A DNA stretch of 64,000 nt from Candidatus Poribacteria bacterium (GCA_963665235.2 CAXXLX010000002.1:834820-898819), one strand, 5' to 3'. Shown: positions 20,776-30,285, counted from the first letter of the stretch. A program made the numbers and translations. The notes: a model not told the origin generated them from the sequence alone.

Positions 20776-22131
20776 ATGAGAAAACCAAATATAGTCTATA
20801 TTCATTCACACGATACGGGGCGGTATGTGCAACCTTACGGACATGCGATTCCGACTCCGAACATCCAAAAACTTGCGGAGGAGGGGGTTCTGTTCCGGAA
20901 CGCCTTTTGTGCAAATCCGACCTGTTCTCCCTCGCGGGCAGCACTGCTGACTGGGCAGTGGGCACACAGCTGCGGTATGGGCGGTTTAGCAAACCGTGGA
21001 TGGAGCCTCCCCGTGCCGGAGCATCTCATTCCACATACGCTGAATCGTGCCGGGTATGTCACCGCCTTGGCGGGATTTCAGCATGTCGTCCAAGATGTTA
21101 AGGAGACAGGCTACCAGCGGATTTTATCTCAAGAGCAGCGGAACGCTGGTGCAGAAGAACGCGCACAGGCATTTATTGCCGAAAAACATGATGCCCCCTT
21201 TTTCATAGATATCGCGTTCGGGGAAACGCATCGCAGGGGAAAAGGCTTCGCTCCCCCACCAGATGGCGAACCGAAAACCGATCCGCGCTATGTGAAACCA
21301 CCTGAACCGTTCCCCGATACACCTGTAACCCGACAGGATATGGCGGAATACATAGACTCAGCACGCACACTTGATAAGAAAATGGGGGTGGTGTTCGACG
21401 CATTGGCGGAAAATGGTCTCGCCGATAACACACTCGTGATATGCACAACTGACCACGGCCTCGCTTTTCCGCGAATGAAATGTCACCTCACGGACCACGG
21501 TATCGGCGTGATGCTGATACTCCGCGGCCCAGGCGGGTTTGACAGCGGAAAAGTGGTCGATGGACTCGTCAGTCAGATTGACCTATTTCCGACTATCTGC
21601 GAATTGGCAGAGATTGAACCTCCGGCGTGGCTTCAAGGGACCTCTGTGCTTCCGCTTGTCCGTGGCGACGCAGACGATATTCGCGATGCCATCTTCGCCG
21701 AAGTCAATTATCACTGCTGTTATGAACCGCAGCGCGCTATCCGAACCAAGCGGTGGAAATATATCAAACGGTACGACACTGCAAAACATTGGGCTCTCGC
21801 GAACTGTGACGATAGCATCAGCAAAACCTTTATGATGGAACACGACTGGAGAAGCCATCCTGTTCAATCGGAGCGGTTATACGATTTGGTGTTCGATGCC
21901 TCCGAAGCGCATAACATCGCGAGGAATCCTAAGTACGAACGGGTTTTAGGCGAGATGCGTGACCGACTGGAACAGTGGCGCGCTGAAACCAATGATCCGG
22001 CGTTTATGCAACCGCCGGAAGGGGCAGTCCTGAATTCACCGTGGTGTGTGTCACCGAACGACCCGCGTAGTCCGGCAGTAGATATACTGTACCCCGCTGA
22101 AGAGGTGCCCGAACGCGATGAAATCTGGTAA
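20776..22131 (+). CDS. sulfatase (N-sulfoglucosamine sulfohydrolase-like)
   Basis: KPNIVYIHSHD, CSPSR motif, ETHR, TTDHG.AFPRMK. Confidence 0.88.
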   Translation: MRKPNIVYIHSHDTGRYVQPYGHAIPTPNIQKLAEEGVLFRNAFCANPTCSPSRAALLTGQWAHSCGMGGLANRGWSLPVPEHLIPHTLNRAGYVTALAGFQHVVQDVKETGYQRILSQEQRNAGAEERAQAFIAEKHDAPFFIDIAFGETHRRGKGFAPPPDGEPKTDPRYVKPPEPFPDTPVTRQDMAEYIDSARTLDKKMGVVFDALAENGLADNTLVICTTDHGLAFPRMKCHLTDHGIGVMLILRGPGGFDSGKVVDGLVSQIDLFPTICELAEIEPPAWLQGTSVLPLVRGDADDIRDAIFAEVNYHCCYEPQRAIRTKRWKYIKRYDTAKHWALANCDDSISKTFMMEHDWRSHPVQSERLYDLVFDASEAHNIARNPKYERVLGEMRDRLEQWRAETNDPAFMQPPEGAVLNSPWCVSPNDPRSPAVDILYPAEEVPERDEIW

Positions 22132-22147
22132 ACGTCTTGCGGCTTAT

Positions 22148-22783
22148 CTAAAGCCGATTCCCCGTCCATAACGTGCCCCGATGGATAACCGTTTGAAAAC
22201 TCGGGTTCTCAAGCACTGCCATGTCGTGGCCTAGGGCGAAGTAGAACACTCTGCCCTCGCCATATATATGGTGAAACGCCATGACATGCGTCTCTTCTTT
22301 CGTTTCATCATAGGCGTGCATCAGCGGGTGCGATGCGGCGGGGTCATGTTTTAGATAGTAAAGTTCATCTGTTACGTCAAAATCGGTTAAGCCTTCAGTA
22401 ATTGGGTGTTCGTTGTCGCCCACGGTCACGGTGAAGTCCATATACGGACTATGTCCGTTGAAAAAGCCGTTGAGCATGCCGTGGTACCCCTCAGATTCTC
22501 GGAAGGAGGCGGCTGCAGTATGCAATCCGAAAAATCCGCCGCCGGTTCGGATATAGTTGAGCAAACCGGTCTCTTGTGCAGTTGTGAGTTCTCCGACATC
22601 GGTGTAAAAGAGGAGGGTGTCATATCCATCGAGTCCATCGGCAAGTACACCGTAGTCCTGCGAAAAAGTAGCGTTAATACCATCGGTATCGTTGAGCATG
22701 GTTGTCAGAAATTGTCCGTTTCCGACGTGGTCGTGATAAATCCCTTCCGTTCCGACAAATATAAGTAATTGAAGTGCGTCCAT
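22148..22783 (-). CDS. ThuA (trehalose utilisation-like) domain protein
   Basis: GGGFFGLHTA, HPITEGL, DELYY, GRVFYFALGH. Confidence 0.85.
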   Translation of the reverse strand: MDALQLLIFVGTEGIYHDHVGNGQFLTTMLNDTDGINATFSQDYGVLADGLDGYDTLLFYTDVGELTTAQETGLLNYIRTGGGFFGLHTAAASFRESEGYHGMLNGFFNGHSPYMDFTVTVGDNEHPITEGLTDFDVTDELYYLKHDPAASHPLMHAYDETKEETHVMAFHHIYGEGRVFYFALGHDMAVLENPSFQTVIHRGTLWTGNRL

Positions 22784-22795
22784 TTTTTTCCTCCG

Positions 22796-23827
22796 TTAGC
22801 TGTTAGGCATTACAAGCACTTTGACAGAGCCGTGTTCATCGCGGCCCGCAGCGACGGCGAATGCTTGTGTAATATTGTCTAAGTTGAACCGGTGCGTAAC
22901 CAGTGGGTTCGGATTAAGTTTACCGGTGGCGAGCAGGTCAATGGCGATTTGGAATTCCGTTTTTCCGCCGCGTCGTCCGTAACAGAACGACCAGATAATG
23001 GTAAGTTCTCGGCTTCGGGCGTACCTTTCGGAAAAGGTGAGCGGTGTGCGGTGCCCGCCTACCATACAGACGCGTCCCCGTTTTGCGGCTATTGCGGTCG
23101 CTTGCTCCAATGTATTTGCTGTACCACCGACCGCTTCAAAGACGACATCCGCGCCGCGTCCGGCACTCCATTCCATGACTGCCGCTGTCCCATCTGTCTT
23201 ATCCACATGAATAGGTACGGCACCGACCGCTTCTTGGGCGATGTGTAGCGGTGCATCCGGTTTTCCTAACATGGCGATAGAGGTCGCCCCGGCAATATCT
23301 GCTACCTGTGCAATTGTTAAACCGACAGGCCCGCTGCCGATGATAGCGACACGGTCTCCGGGGGATACCATGGCTCTGTTGACAGCGTGAACGGCTACGG
23401 CGTAGACCTCCGCCAGTGCACCTCCCTCAACGGTGACGCTATCGGGTAATGCATAGACGTTTGATGTGCGAGCTGCCATAAATTCTGCGAATCCGCCCCC
23501 GCCGTGCCGTAAATTCGCGCAGATGTTATAGTAGCCGTTGTAGCATTCCGGGCAGTTGTTACATGGACTGATCGGTTCAATTGCGACGCGGGCTCCTGTT
23601 TGATAGCCTGCAACGTCTTTACCTACATCAATAATTTTGCCTGCCAATTCGTGCCCGCCAATCCGAGGGGACAAAGGTTGGGCCGGCTGATGGTGATACC
23701 CGTGCAGGTCGCTTCCGCAGATGCCAGCCGCTTCCACTTCTACGAGGACCTGTCCTGCTTCAGGGGTTGGATCTGGTACTGTTTCAACTCTAATGTCTTT
23801 TCCACCGTAAAACTGTGCTGCTTTCAT
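22796..23827 (-). CDS. Zn-dependent alcohol dehydrogenase (MDR)
   Basis: GICGSDLH, GHE, CNNCPEC..C, GSGPVG. Confidence 0.88.
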   Translation of the reverse strand: MKAAQFYGGKDIRVETVPDPTPEAGQVLVEVEAAGICGSDLHGYHHQPAQPLSPRIGGHELAGKIIDVGKDVAGYQTGARVAIEPISPCNNCPECYNGYYNICANLRHGGGGFAEFMAARTSNVYALPDSVTVEGGALAEVYAVAVHAVNRAMVSPGDRVAIIGSGPVGLTIAQVADIAGATSIAMLGKPDAPLHIAQEAVGAVPIHVDKTDGTAAVMEWSAGRGADVVFEAVGGTANTLEQATAIAAKRGRVCMVGGHRTPLTFSERYARSRELTIIWSFCYGRRGGKTEFQIAIDLLATGKLNPNPLVTHRFNLDNITQAFAVAAGRDEHGSVKVLVMPNS

Positions 23828-23984
23828 AATAGCCTCCGAAAACGTTCGTAGTCTGTCTTAAAACATAGCACAGCTGAAAAATGATGTCAATAACCCTGTT
23901 AACCTTCCCTTTGCTGACGTGCAATAAATTGGGCATCTACAAACCCACCTTACTTGAAAAGACGATAACGGGCGGATACAGATG

Positions 23985-24800
23985 TCACTCGTTTGTAATG
24001 CTCCGTGCCTGTGACCATGCCTGCGACGCCCCGCTCTGGAAGAATCGATATTGGTCGTGCACCACTTCACCATCAAGCAGAACGGTGAAACGTACAGATA
24101 GGTCGTGATGTGTTTTGTTTATGATTAGAACCTCCAGTTCCCAGTCCTCAGGGTCAAGGTCAAGGGGGAAGTCTCGGCTAAAACTCTCGGTAAGCGAAAA
24201 TTCGTTTTTCGTACCGGTAGAATCAGTGACAATGACATCCAACGTTCCAGCGTCTCCAGCGCCTCCAATCTTTTCTATTTTCCATGAGTTGTCGCTGCGC
24301 CTCTGAGCAATCAGGGTAATAGGGGTGCCATTTATGGAAAAATTTTCAAAATTAACTCCTGCACCAATGAACATATTCAGAATTCTAAGCGTCCCATCGT
24401 CAAGAACAAACATCTCGATATCTGTCCCAGGATAAAAGCAACTGTCCCCAGTATATAATACCATTTTTATTAATTATTCTATCATTACCGGTTGTTGGAA
24501 ATGAAACGGAGAACGGCACAAACTGGAAGTTTATGCTACGATAAAGCACACAAACTGGAAGTTTATGCTACAATAAAGAAACATTTTCAATTAGAAATGG
24601 TATAAGATATCCCCCGCTTTACAGACAGGGCCATCAGGTTCGATTGGGGGCGGCGGACTGGGTAGGGTAAATTCTATCTTTACAGTCAATATTTCAGGAG
24701 CTGTCATTTCTTCGCTATCTTCGCCACAACCTGCAAATAACGGCAATATCAACAGCAGAACGGATAAAAAATGTGTAAGTGATGGATTCAATTTCATCAT
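23985..24800 (-). pseudogene. lipoprotein gene disrupted by MITE copy 3
   Basis: Lipobox FAGC; removing 24459-24602 and one TAA restores VCKAGDILYTGDSCFYPG, collinear with VCQVGDILQPGDSCTYPG of 28880-29308. Confidence 0.85.
24459..24602. mobile_element. MITE copy 3 (2 REP units, 144 bp)
   Basis: TAA|TACCATTT...AAATGGTA|TAA inside a coding sequence. Confidence 0.9.
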
Positions 24801-24990
24801 AAACTCCTTTGATTGATTTTCGATTGCACCGGGCAATCGGATTGTTGATAAGAAACTCCTTTTTTATTCCTATCAACAGTCAGTAGCGGTTCGGGACGAT
24901 TCATAAGTTTTTCACCGCCCACACACGCTACTGACGACTGAAAGGGTTGCCAAGTCATCTGGTCCAACACCAGAGGGCTTTGCTGTTATT

Positions 24991-25641
24991 TTAGGGGTGC
25001 TGGCTTTTACCGTTTCCGAACCGAGTGCCGAGCCCGAAAATGAGTGAGAATTCATTAGCACCATCATCTACATTCGACAGCAACAGTCGTTGATACTGCC
25101 CCTCTGCCCGAAAGACAAAAGCAGCTCCTATACGCCATTGATACCCTAAACCGCCTCCAAAACTTGTCAAGGTTTCTTCGTCGGAAAAGAAGTCATCGTC
25201 ACCGGAACCGGAAAATATAGTTCTGGAGACCCGTCCCAGGACATAGGGACTTGACCGTAAATGGCTAAGCGGAAAGAATGCTGCCCGGCTTCCAAGATGG
25301 AGTGCCGTTAGGCTTTCAGTTTCCGACTCTCCCTGATACTCTGCTGAAATTGACACGCTCCCAAAACTGAATTCCGACCCAATAGCGAACTGCTTACTCG
25401 GAAACCACGTAGCATATAGCGAAGTCGGAGAGGACCCTATATCCAAAAATGCGTTTGCGGGTAGCTTAATAGAAGTGAAGCTTGTCGTTAAATCATCACC
25501 TTCAATGAGATGGGAGATCCCAAATTGTGTTCCGACTTCAAATTCATTCGCCAAAGCGGGAACTGTTGCTAAGACAAGAAAAGCAAACATTGTTAAGATT
25601 GACACGGTTTTATACTGCTTGACAACTAAAGTTTTCATCAT
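24991..25641 (-). CDS. outer-membrane beta-barrel protein (small, 8-stranded type)
   Basis: Signal peptide ending ALA, amphipathic strands, PYVLGRV, FGGGLGYQW, C-terminal LIFGLGTRF; AAGGAG RBS before ATG 25641. Confidence 0.72.
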   Translation of the reverse strand: MMKTLVVKQYKTVSILTMFAFLVLATVPALANEFEVGTQFGISHLIEGDDLTTSFTSIKLPANAFLDIGSSPTSLYATWFPSKQFAIGSEFSFGSVSISAEYQGESETESLTALHLGSRAAFFPLSHLRSSPYVLGRVSRTIFSGSGDDDFFSDEETLTSFGGGLGYQWRIGAAFVFRAEGQYQRLLLSNVDDGANEFSLIFGLGTRFGNGKSQHP

Positions 25642-25757
25642 AAACTCCTTTTGATTTTTCGATTGCAATGTGCAATCAAGGTATTGAATAGAAGGATGGC
25701 ACACAACAATCTGCCATCCTTCCAAGTGTTTCTGATAAGGGTTACTTCCTTATCAAC
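25642..25757 (-). repeat. structured intergenic linker copy A (three hairpins plus RBS)
   Basis: Homologous to 28448-28562 and partly to 24801-24878. Confidence 0.75.
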
Positions 25758-28447
25758 ATTCTCCGCGTGGCAGAAAAATCGCCTGCCGTGAGTGTGTAGA
25801 AATAGACACCGCTCGCGACGGGTTCACCGACTGCATTTCTGCCATCCCAATACGCCGCACGGCTCCGAGACTGATAGACCCCCGCGGGTTGATGCCCGAG
25901 TGCCAACTGCCGGATAACGTGTCCATTTGAGGCATAGATCGTAATCATCACCGCTGCGGGTTTGGACAGCTGATACGGTATCCACGTCTCTGGGTTGAAC
26001 GGGTTCGGATAGTTCGGTAAGAGTGTTGTCTCTTTCGGTGTTAACACAGTCAAGAGTTGTTCCAAAACCAGAATGCCACGTTGGAAAGCGGCATCAGAAA
26101 AGTTGAGCTGCCGTGCTTCCTGTAGCCATGCTTCCACTATCTTACGTGTCGGCATATTATCATGGTTAAGACTCCACAATACGGGTGCAGCAGTATCCCC
26201 ATTTTCACTATTATTTCCGATAGCTGCCGCGACCAATGTCAAATCAACGATATTGACGACACCGTCACCGTTGACATCCGCATCATTTGCCCCACTCTGT
26301 CCGAAGTTCGCAGCAACCAGGGTTAAATCGACAATGTTAATAACACCGTTATCGTTAACATCCGCAGGCAATTGTGCATCCTTTGGCAGTTGCGTTGGTT
26401 CGGTAATCTCAGCATTTTCTGTAGTGGGTGTAGAACTGCCGCCGACACTGTCAGCCAGCAGCACACTAGATAGGCTCACAGTAGAAGCTTTGGCAGCAAC
26501 AACCTCAAATGTGATAGTCGCGAGTGTACCATCACCGCTGCTTCCACCTGCTACTGACGATGCCGCAAGAGTTAGGGTATTTCCTTCGGCAACTGGCGGA
26601 ATAAAGAACGCACTTGTAGGGAGATAGTCTCCGTTGGCACTTTCTACATACCGGAGCACGGCGGTATCAAACTGCAGAGTTGCCTGGTATCCTGCAACGT
26701 TTTTTCCAGTCATAATATCCAAAGAGAGTGTGAGTTGTTCTCCGAGCCCTGGCGATGCCATTGGTGATGGTGTCAGACGAACCGTAGTTGATGGAGTAGA
26801 ATCAGTGGGAGATAAGGGTATAAGTGATTCGGTATTCTCTGTGATTTTCCAAACCTTTTCACCATCAGAGATCAAAGACCCATCCGGACTCCATGCTAAA
26901 TCCGCAATGCTCACTCCTACCAAAATGGATCCCACTTCGGTAAAGTTTGCATCGGTTTCATAGAAAGATATTCTACCATCATCACCGCCGACCGCAAGAT
27001 ATTTATCATCTGGACTGAAAGCAATTGCCCAAGGTGAAAATTCTTTGTAATCTATTTGATGAATAATACTGGGGGTGGCCATATTGTTTGTATCATAGAT
27101 GGAAACATTGTGGTCATCTAAGTAGTTACCATCAGCAGCAAAGTAGTTACCATCCGGACTGAAGGCAACATCAAAGATGGCTCCCCCAAGTTCTACTTGT
27201 GTTTCATTTACATTGTCTGACCACCAACTGCTTAATTCATAGAAGATTACAGTCCCATTGTTGTGACCCGTGGCAAGATACTTACCATCCGGACTGAAGG
27301 CGAGACTATCTACCCTGGATGCATTTTTCCGTCCCCACCACTTATAGTTTCCATTATCTAGGTTCCAAAGAAGAACACGGGAATTATCTGAGAATGATAC
27401 TGCTACATACCTACTATCCTGACTAAAGCGAACTGCGTAAATTTCTCCACGCGTTATGGAGGAAGGCATCAAAAAAGTTTCAACGACACCTTCCATGTTC
27501 GAATTTACGATAGCCAAGATAGGTTGTTCATCATTGCCAACGTGTGTGCCATACGCAAGATATTTCCCATCAGGACTGAAATCTAAACCCCAGACAGACT
27601 TTTCTGGATTATCAACATTCGGTTTATAAGCTGTAACTAGCTCACCGGTACTCACGTCCCAGAGGACTGTAGCGTTAACATTACTACCGGTAGCAATATA
27701 TCTTCCATCAGGACTAAAGGCTACCCCATAACTAAATAAGACCGACAATTCATTTTTTGTCCGCAGATTGTGTATCTCTGTAATAAGCGGATTGTTGACT
27801 GTTGTCGCGGCTAGTGCCTTCAAATAGTTTATAGGTACAGCAAAATTGAGATTCTGTCCATCTATACGAGAAGCAACAGAGATGCCGATGACTTGGCCGC
27901 TACTATTGAGCACAGGACCGCCACTACTCCCATCAGAAATAGGAGCAGTCATCTGAAGTAATTTGACTCCGCTTTCTTGTCGGATACCACTGATGATACC
28001 GTCTGAAAACGTGCCTTCCAATCCCTTTGGGTTACCCGCAACGTAAATTTTTTCTCCGACTTGAACCGCATCACTGTCCCCGAGGGGAAGTATCGGAGCA
28101 TTAACACCTTTGACTATTACTATTGCAATATCGTGTGTTTCATCAACAGCACGGATAGATTCAATCTTATGTGCCGTTGTTTCCCCAACCAATTTTGCTG
28201 TGCCTACTGCTGCACCCTCAATTACGTGATGGTTCGTTGCGATCAGACCTTCACCGATGACGAATCCGCTCCCTGTAACTTGATCGTCAGTGGTGAGCTC
28301 AACCTCAATATGTAACGTAGAATCTAAAGCGATCTTGGCAAGTTCTTGGGTCGTTAAGGCAGCTACACCAGATATTCCGTAGAGTAGCAATAGTCCAGTA
28401 AGAATTGCCATAAATAATTTTCGACTTAATATAAACATTTTCCTCAT
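25742..28447 (-). CDS. exported trypsin-like protease with WD40 propeller, cohesin, dockerin and FlgD-Ig/T9SS-like C-terminal domain
   Basis: Signal peptide; triad TNHHV / DIA / GSSGGP; repeated AFSPDGKYLA; cohesin-like VAGYQATLQFD..GDGTLATITF; twin DVNxxGVxNIVDL dockerin; NYPNPFNPETWIPYQL...ATRRMLIRK. Confidence 0.88.
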   Translation of the reverse strand: MRKMFILSRKLFMAILTGLLLLYGISGVAALTTQELAKIALDSTLHIEVELTTDDQVTGSGFVIGEGLIATNHHVIEGAAVGTAKLVGETTAHKIESIRAVDETHDIAIVIVKGVNAPILPLGDSDAVQVGEKIYVAGNPKGLEGTFSDGIISGIRQESGVKLLQMTAPISDGSSGGPVLNSSGQVIGISVASRIDGQNLNFAVPINYLKALAATTVNNPLITEIHNLRTKNELSVLFSYGVAFSPDGRYIATGSNVNATVLWDVSTGELVTAYKPNVDNPEKSVWGLDFSPDGKYLAYGTHVGNDEQPILAIVNSNMEGVVETFLMPSSITRGEIYAVRFSQDSRYVAVSFSDNSRVLLWNLDNGNYKWWGRKNASRVDSLAFSPDGKYLATGHNNGTVIFYELSSWWSDNVNETQVELGGAIFDVAFSPDGNYFAADGNYLDDHNVSIYDTNNMATPSIIHQIDYKEFSPWAIAFSPDDKYLAVGGDDGRISFYETDANFTEVGSILVGVSIADLAWSPDGSLISDGEKVWKITENTESLIPLSPTDSTPSTTVRLTPSPMASPGLGEQLTLSLDIMTGKNVAGYQATLQFDTAVLRYVESANGDYLPTSAFFIPPVAEGNTLTLAASSVAGGSSGDGTLATITFEVVAAKASTVSLSSVLLADSVGGSSTPTTENAEITEPTQLPKDAQLPADVNDNGVINIVDLTLVAANFGQSGANDADVNGDGVVNIVDLTLVAAAIGNNSENGDTAAPVLWSLNHDNMPTRKIVEAWLQEARQLNFSDAAFQRGILVLEQLLTVLTPKETTLLPNYPNPFNPETWIPYQLSKPAAVMITIYASNGHVIRQLALGHQPAGVYQSRSRAAYWDGRNAVGEPVASGVYFYTLTAGDFSATRRMLIRK

Positions 28448-28562
28448 AAACTCCTTTTGATTTTCTGATTGCAATATGCAATCGAAGTATTGAATGGAAG
28501 AATGGCACACAATAAATTGCCATCCTTCCAGTTTTATCTAATACGCTTACTTGCGTATTAAC
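28448..28562 (-). repeat. structured intergenic linker copy B
   Basis: TAATACGC/GCGTATTA, GGAAGGATGGCA/TGCCATTCTTCC and GATTGCA/TGCAATC hairpins, then AAGGAG. Confidence 0.75.
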
Positions 28563-28825
28563 ATCTTGCGCGTGGCAGAAAACTCGCCTGCGGAGAGTGT
28601 GTAAAAATAAACACCGCTTGCGACAGGTTCACCCACTGCATTTCTGCCATCCCAATACGCCGCGCGGCTACGGGAGTGATAGACACCGGCGGGTTGATGC
28701 CCGAGTGCCAACTGCCGGATGACGTGTCCATTTGAGGCATAGATCGTCAACTTTACGTCTGCTGCTTCAGAGAGTTGGTACGGGACCCACGTCTCTGGGT
28801 TGAACGGGTTCGGATAGTTTGCCAA
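28547..28825 (-). CDS. orphan FlgD-Ig/T9SS-like sorting domain (stand-alone ORF or gene remnant)
   Basis: 92 aa collinear with the last 92 aa of 25742-28447; TTG start, no signal peptide. Confidence 0.65.
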   Translation of the reverse strand: MANYPNPFNPETWVPYQLSEAADVKLTIYASNGHVIRQLALGHQPAGVYHSRSRAAYWDGRNAVGEPVASGVYFYTLSAGEFSATRKMLIRK

Positions 28826-28879
28826 TATGAACCACCCTCAATGAATTAGGTCTATCAGATGGCTATTGATTCCTTAAGG

Positions 28880-29308
28880 TTAATCTCCAATTTCCTCTAT
28901 TTCCCATGAACCATCATCGCGTTTATTGGCAACAAGGGTATACCGTTTACCATTGATATTTGAATCCTTAATATTTAGGCCTTGGCCGGCAGTAAAGAAC
29001 AAGAACTGTGCGCTTCCGTCATCAAGAATAGTCAGCTCGTTATTGGTCCCAGGGTACGTACAACTGTCACCGGGTTGGAGAATATCACCGACTTGACATA
29101 CCCCCTGTTCTGCGGGTTGAGGCGGTTGTTCCGGTTGCGTTTCAACTTCTTGTTCTGCGGGTTGTTCCGGTTGCGTTTCAACCTCAACAGGCTCCGGTGA
29201 CTCATCTTCTGCCCCGCAGCCTATTAAAAGAGTTATTGAACAACCGATCAATAAACCCACTAAGATCAATATAAGGGGTTTTTGCGCCAATTCGTTATTT
29301 CTAAACAT
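28880..29308 (-). CDS. small lipoprotein, unknown two-Cys domain
   Basis: LIGC lipobox motifs, duplicated EVETQPEQP linker, domain paralogous to 23985-24800; AGGAG RBS. Confidence 0.78.
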   Translation of the reverse strand: MFRNNELAQKPLILILVGLLIGCSITLLIGCGAEDESPEPVEVETQPEQPAEQEVETQPEQPPQPAEQGVCQVGDILQPGDSCTYPGTNNELTILDDGSAQFLFFTAGQGLNIKDSNINGKRYTLVANKRDDGSWEIEEIGD

Positions 29309-29379
29309 AAGTAGAACTCCTTTTTAGAAAGTGTCAAGTGAGTGCTGAAGCTCTCGCTTGATCGAGAATACTTGAAAGT

Positions 29380-29942
29380 CTATTTTCGTATCAACATCTT
29401 GCGGGTAGCGGTGAGTGTATAGAAGTAGACACCACTCGCAACAGATCCACTGACTTCGTTTTCCCAATTTGTGCACGCTATCCCTAACCAAATCCATACA
29501 CCACCTATATTGATTTGGTGCGTCCCGTTTCCACTTCTCCGAGTGCTATCGAATGTTGTATAGGGCACCGAAGTGGATGGCACCATTTGTGTGGTTAGAT
29601 GGGTATCGTTCCGTGATATTCCGTCGCCGTGCATGGACAGATATGGAACAAGGAGGGGACGCACATTGAAGCATTCGCCAATGCAACAAAAAAAAGCCCG
29701 CGCCGAAGCACACCGTGATAGACGAAGTGCGCGTGCGGACGCGAAGATAGAGAAAACGCTTGAGATTACCTGTAAAAATATAACATGTGTTAATATAGAT
29801 GGGGGGGGGGATTATCTATTGGTAATATTAACCGAGACAATGCCGTGACAACACGGGGGCAGCAGAAAGCGAAGGCCGAAGTGTCTACGCTCCGAGCAGA
29901 TACGGTGTGAATTGAATTGTTCAAATTACGTTGGCCGTTCAT
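29380..29942 (-). pseudogene. collapsed exported-protein gene: homopolymer-containing leader plus degenerate sorting-domain tail
   Basis: ATG 29942 frame stops just after a C10 run; the 3' end encodes VASGVYFYTLT-ATRKMLIRK. Confidence 0.55.
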
Positions 29943-30023
29943 TGTTACAGTACCCATTTTTGTTAACTTGCAAAAATTACGTTAATATGTAAAAAATCGC
30001 CGTTTTGAAAGTTTACGTTATTA

Positions 30024-30052
30024 ATTATACATGCGAAAAAACTGTTTGTCAA
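30024..30052 (-). promoter_or_regulatory. consensus sigma70 promoter at the head of the exported-protein array
   Basis: Minus strand TTGACA-17 bp-TATAAT, about 80 bp upstream of ATG 29942. Confidence 0.75.
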
Positions 30053-30202
30053 GTTAAATTTCGGAAAAAACGTTCTTTTGAATTTTTAGGATTTTTTAGC
30101 ACTTTTTCTCAAATTTTAAGGGGTAGACAGTATTTTATAGTAGAGCCCGTAATTATTTGTGCACACGTCTGAAGGTTTGAATAGGCAATGAATGGTTTCC
30201 CT

Positions 30203-30268
30203 ATAGGAGCGGGCTGCTTGCCCAAATACTAGAGGAAGGAGTATCGCGAGCACAGCTCGCTCCTACAA
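30203..30268. repeat. REPIN-like inverted REP pair
   Basis: TAGGAGCGGGCTGCTTGCCCAAATAC facing the reverse complement of GTAGGAGCGAGCTGTGCTCGCGATAC, the same family as the 63-kb array. Confidence 0.65.
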
Positions 30269-30285
30269 GAGATCAGTTTCTCATT

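Noticed and set aside
25642-25725. Similar N-terminal extensions (QSxNQKEF) predicted on three ORFs
   Set aside because: They are translations of the non-coding linker; AAGGAG RBS and signal peptides place the starts at 24800, 25641 and 28447
23985-30052. Classical integron or diversity-generating retroelement
   Set aside because: No tyrosine integrase, no attC cores recognised, no reverse transcriptase, and CTD differences are not adenine-specific
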